Below are positions 63,793 through 64,000 of a stretch of 64,000 nucleotides of DNA, in pieces. The position numbers were made by a program, and so were the translations under genes. The notes beneath the pieces are model-generated. The model saw only the letters and a list, made by a program, of their open reading frames with translations. It ran no database searches and was not told the DNA's origin. The stretch comes from Lingula anatina (Eukaryota > Animalia > Brachiopoda): the NCBI GenBank assembly GCA_051362555.1, contig CM120643.1, positions 25,300,848 to 25,364,847 of the forward strand, written 5' to 3'. Each line of letters begins with the position of its first letter. The first letter of the stretch is position 1.

Positions 63793-64000
63793 CTAGAAAA
63801 AAGGAAGGTATTTTACACATCAGGATAATGTTTAAAATTTAAAAATGATTTTTTTTTTTTGCTTATCTGAATATTTTCAGGTGAATCCATTGAAATTCCA
63901 CATGTAGCAAAACAGAATGACTTACGAGTTTCTGACTATTTGCCCTGAGGTAAGTTATCTATGGAAAAATATCCAGATTGTCATTTTAAATGGACTACTT

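Overview
AT-rich, intron-containing metazoan (invertebrate) genomic DNA, not prokaryotic. Manual splice reconstruction gives, left to right: (1) the 3' part of an interferon regulatory factor gene (IAD/SMAD-FHA domain plus an IRF5/6-like C-terminal tail, + strand); (2) a complete mitochondrial Obg-family GTPase gene MTG2/GTPBP5 (- strand), tail-to-tail with the IRF; (3) PEDS1/TMEM189 plasmanylethanolamine desaturase (+ strand), sharing a very compact bidirectional promoter with MTG2; (4) a tandem array of four copies (two apparently complete, two broken) of a secreted trypsin-like serine protease with a C-terminal PAN/apple domain; (5) a PLAC8/cornifelin-family gene (- strand); (6) the last three exons of an SLC43A3-like transporter (- strand). 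Introns and intergenic DNA hold three copies of a Helentron-type non-autonomous element with internal ~161-bp tandem repeats, many palindromic MITEs, CAG-terminal elements with 5-6-bp TSDs, two Tc1 fragments, a LINE 3' fragment and microsatellites. The best candidate for an undescribed system is the protease-PAN array, with its reversed domain order, loop-focused diversification and ongoing gene birth and death. All gene models were read by eye; no database searches were run.
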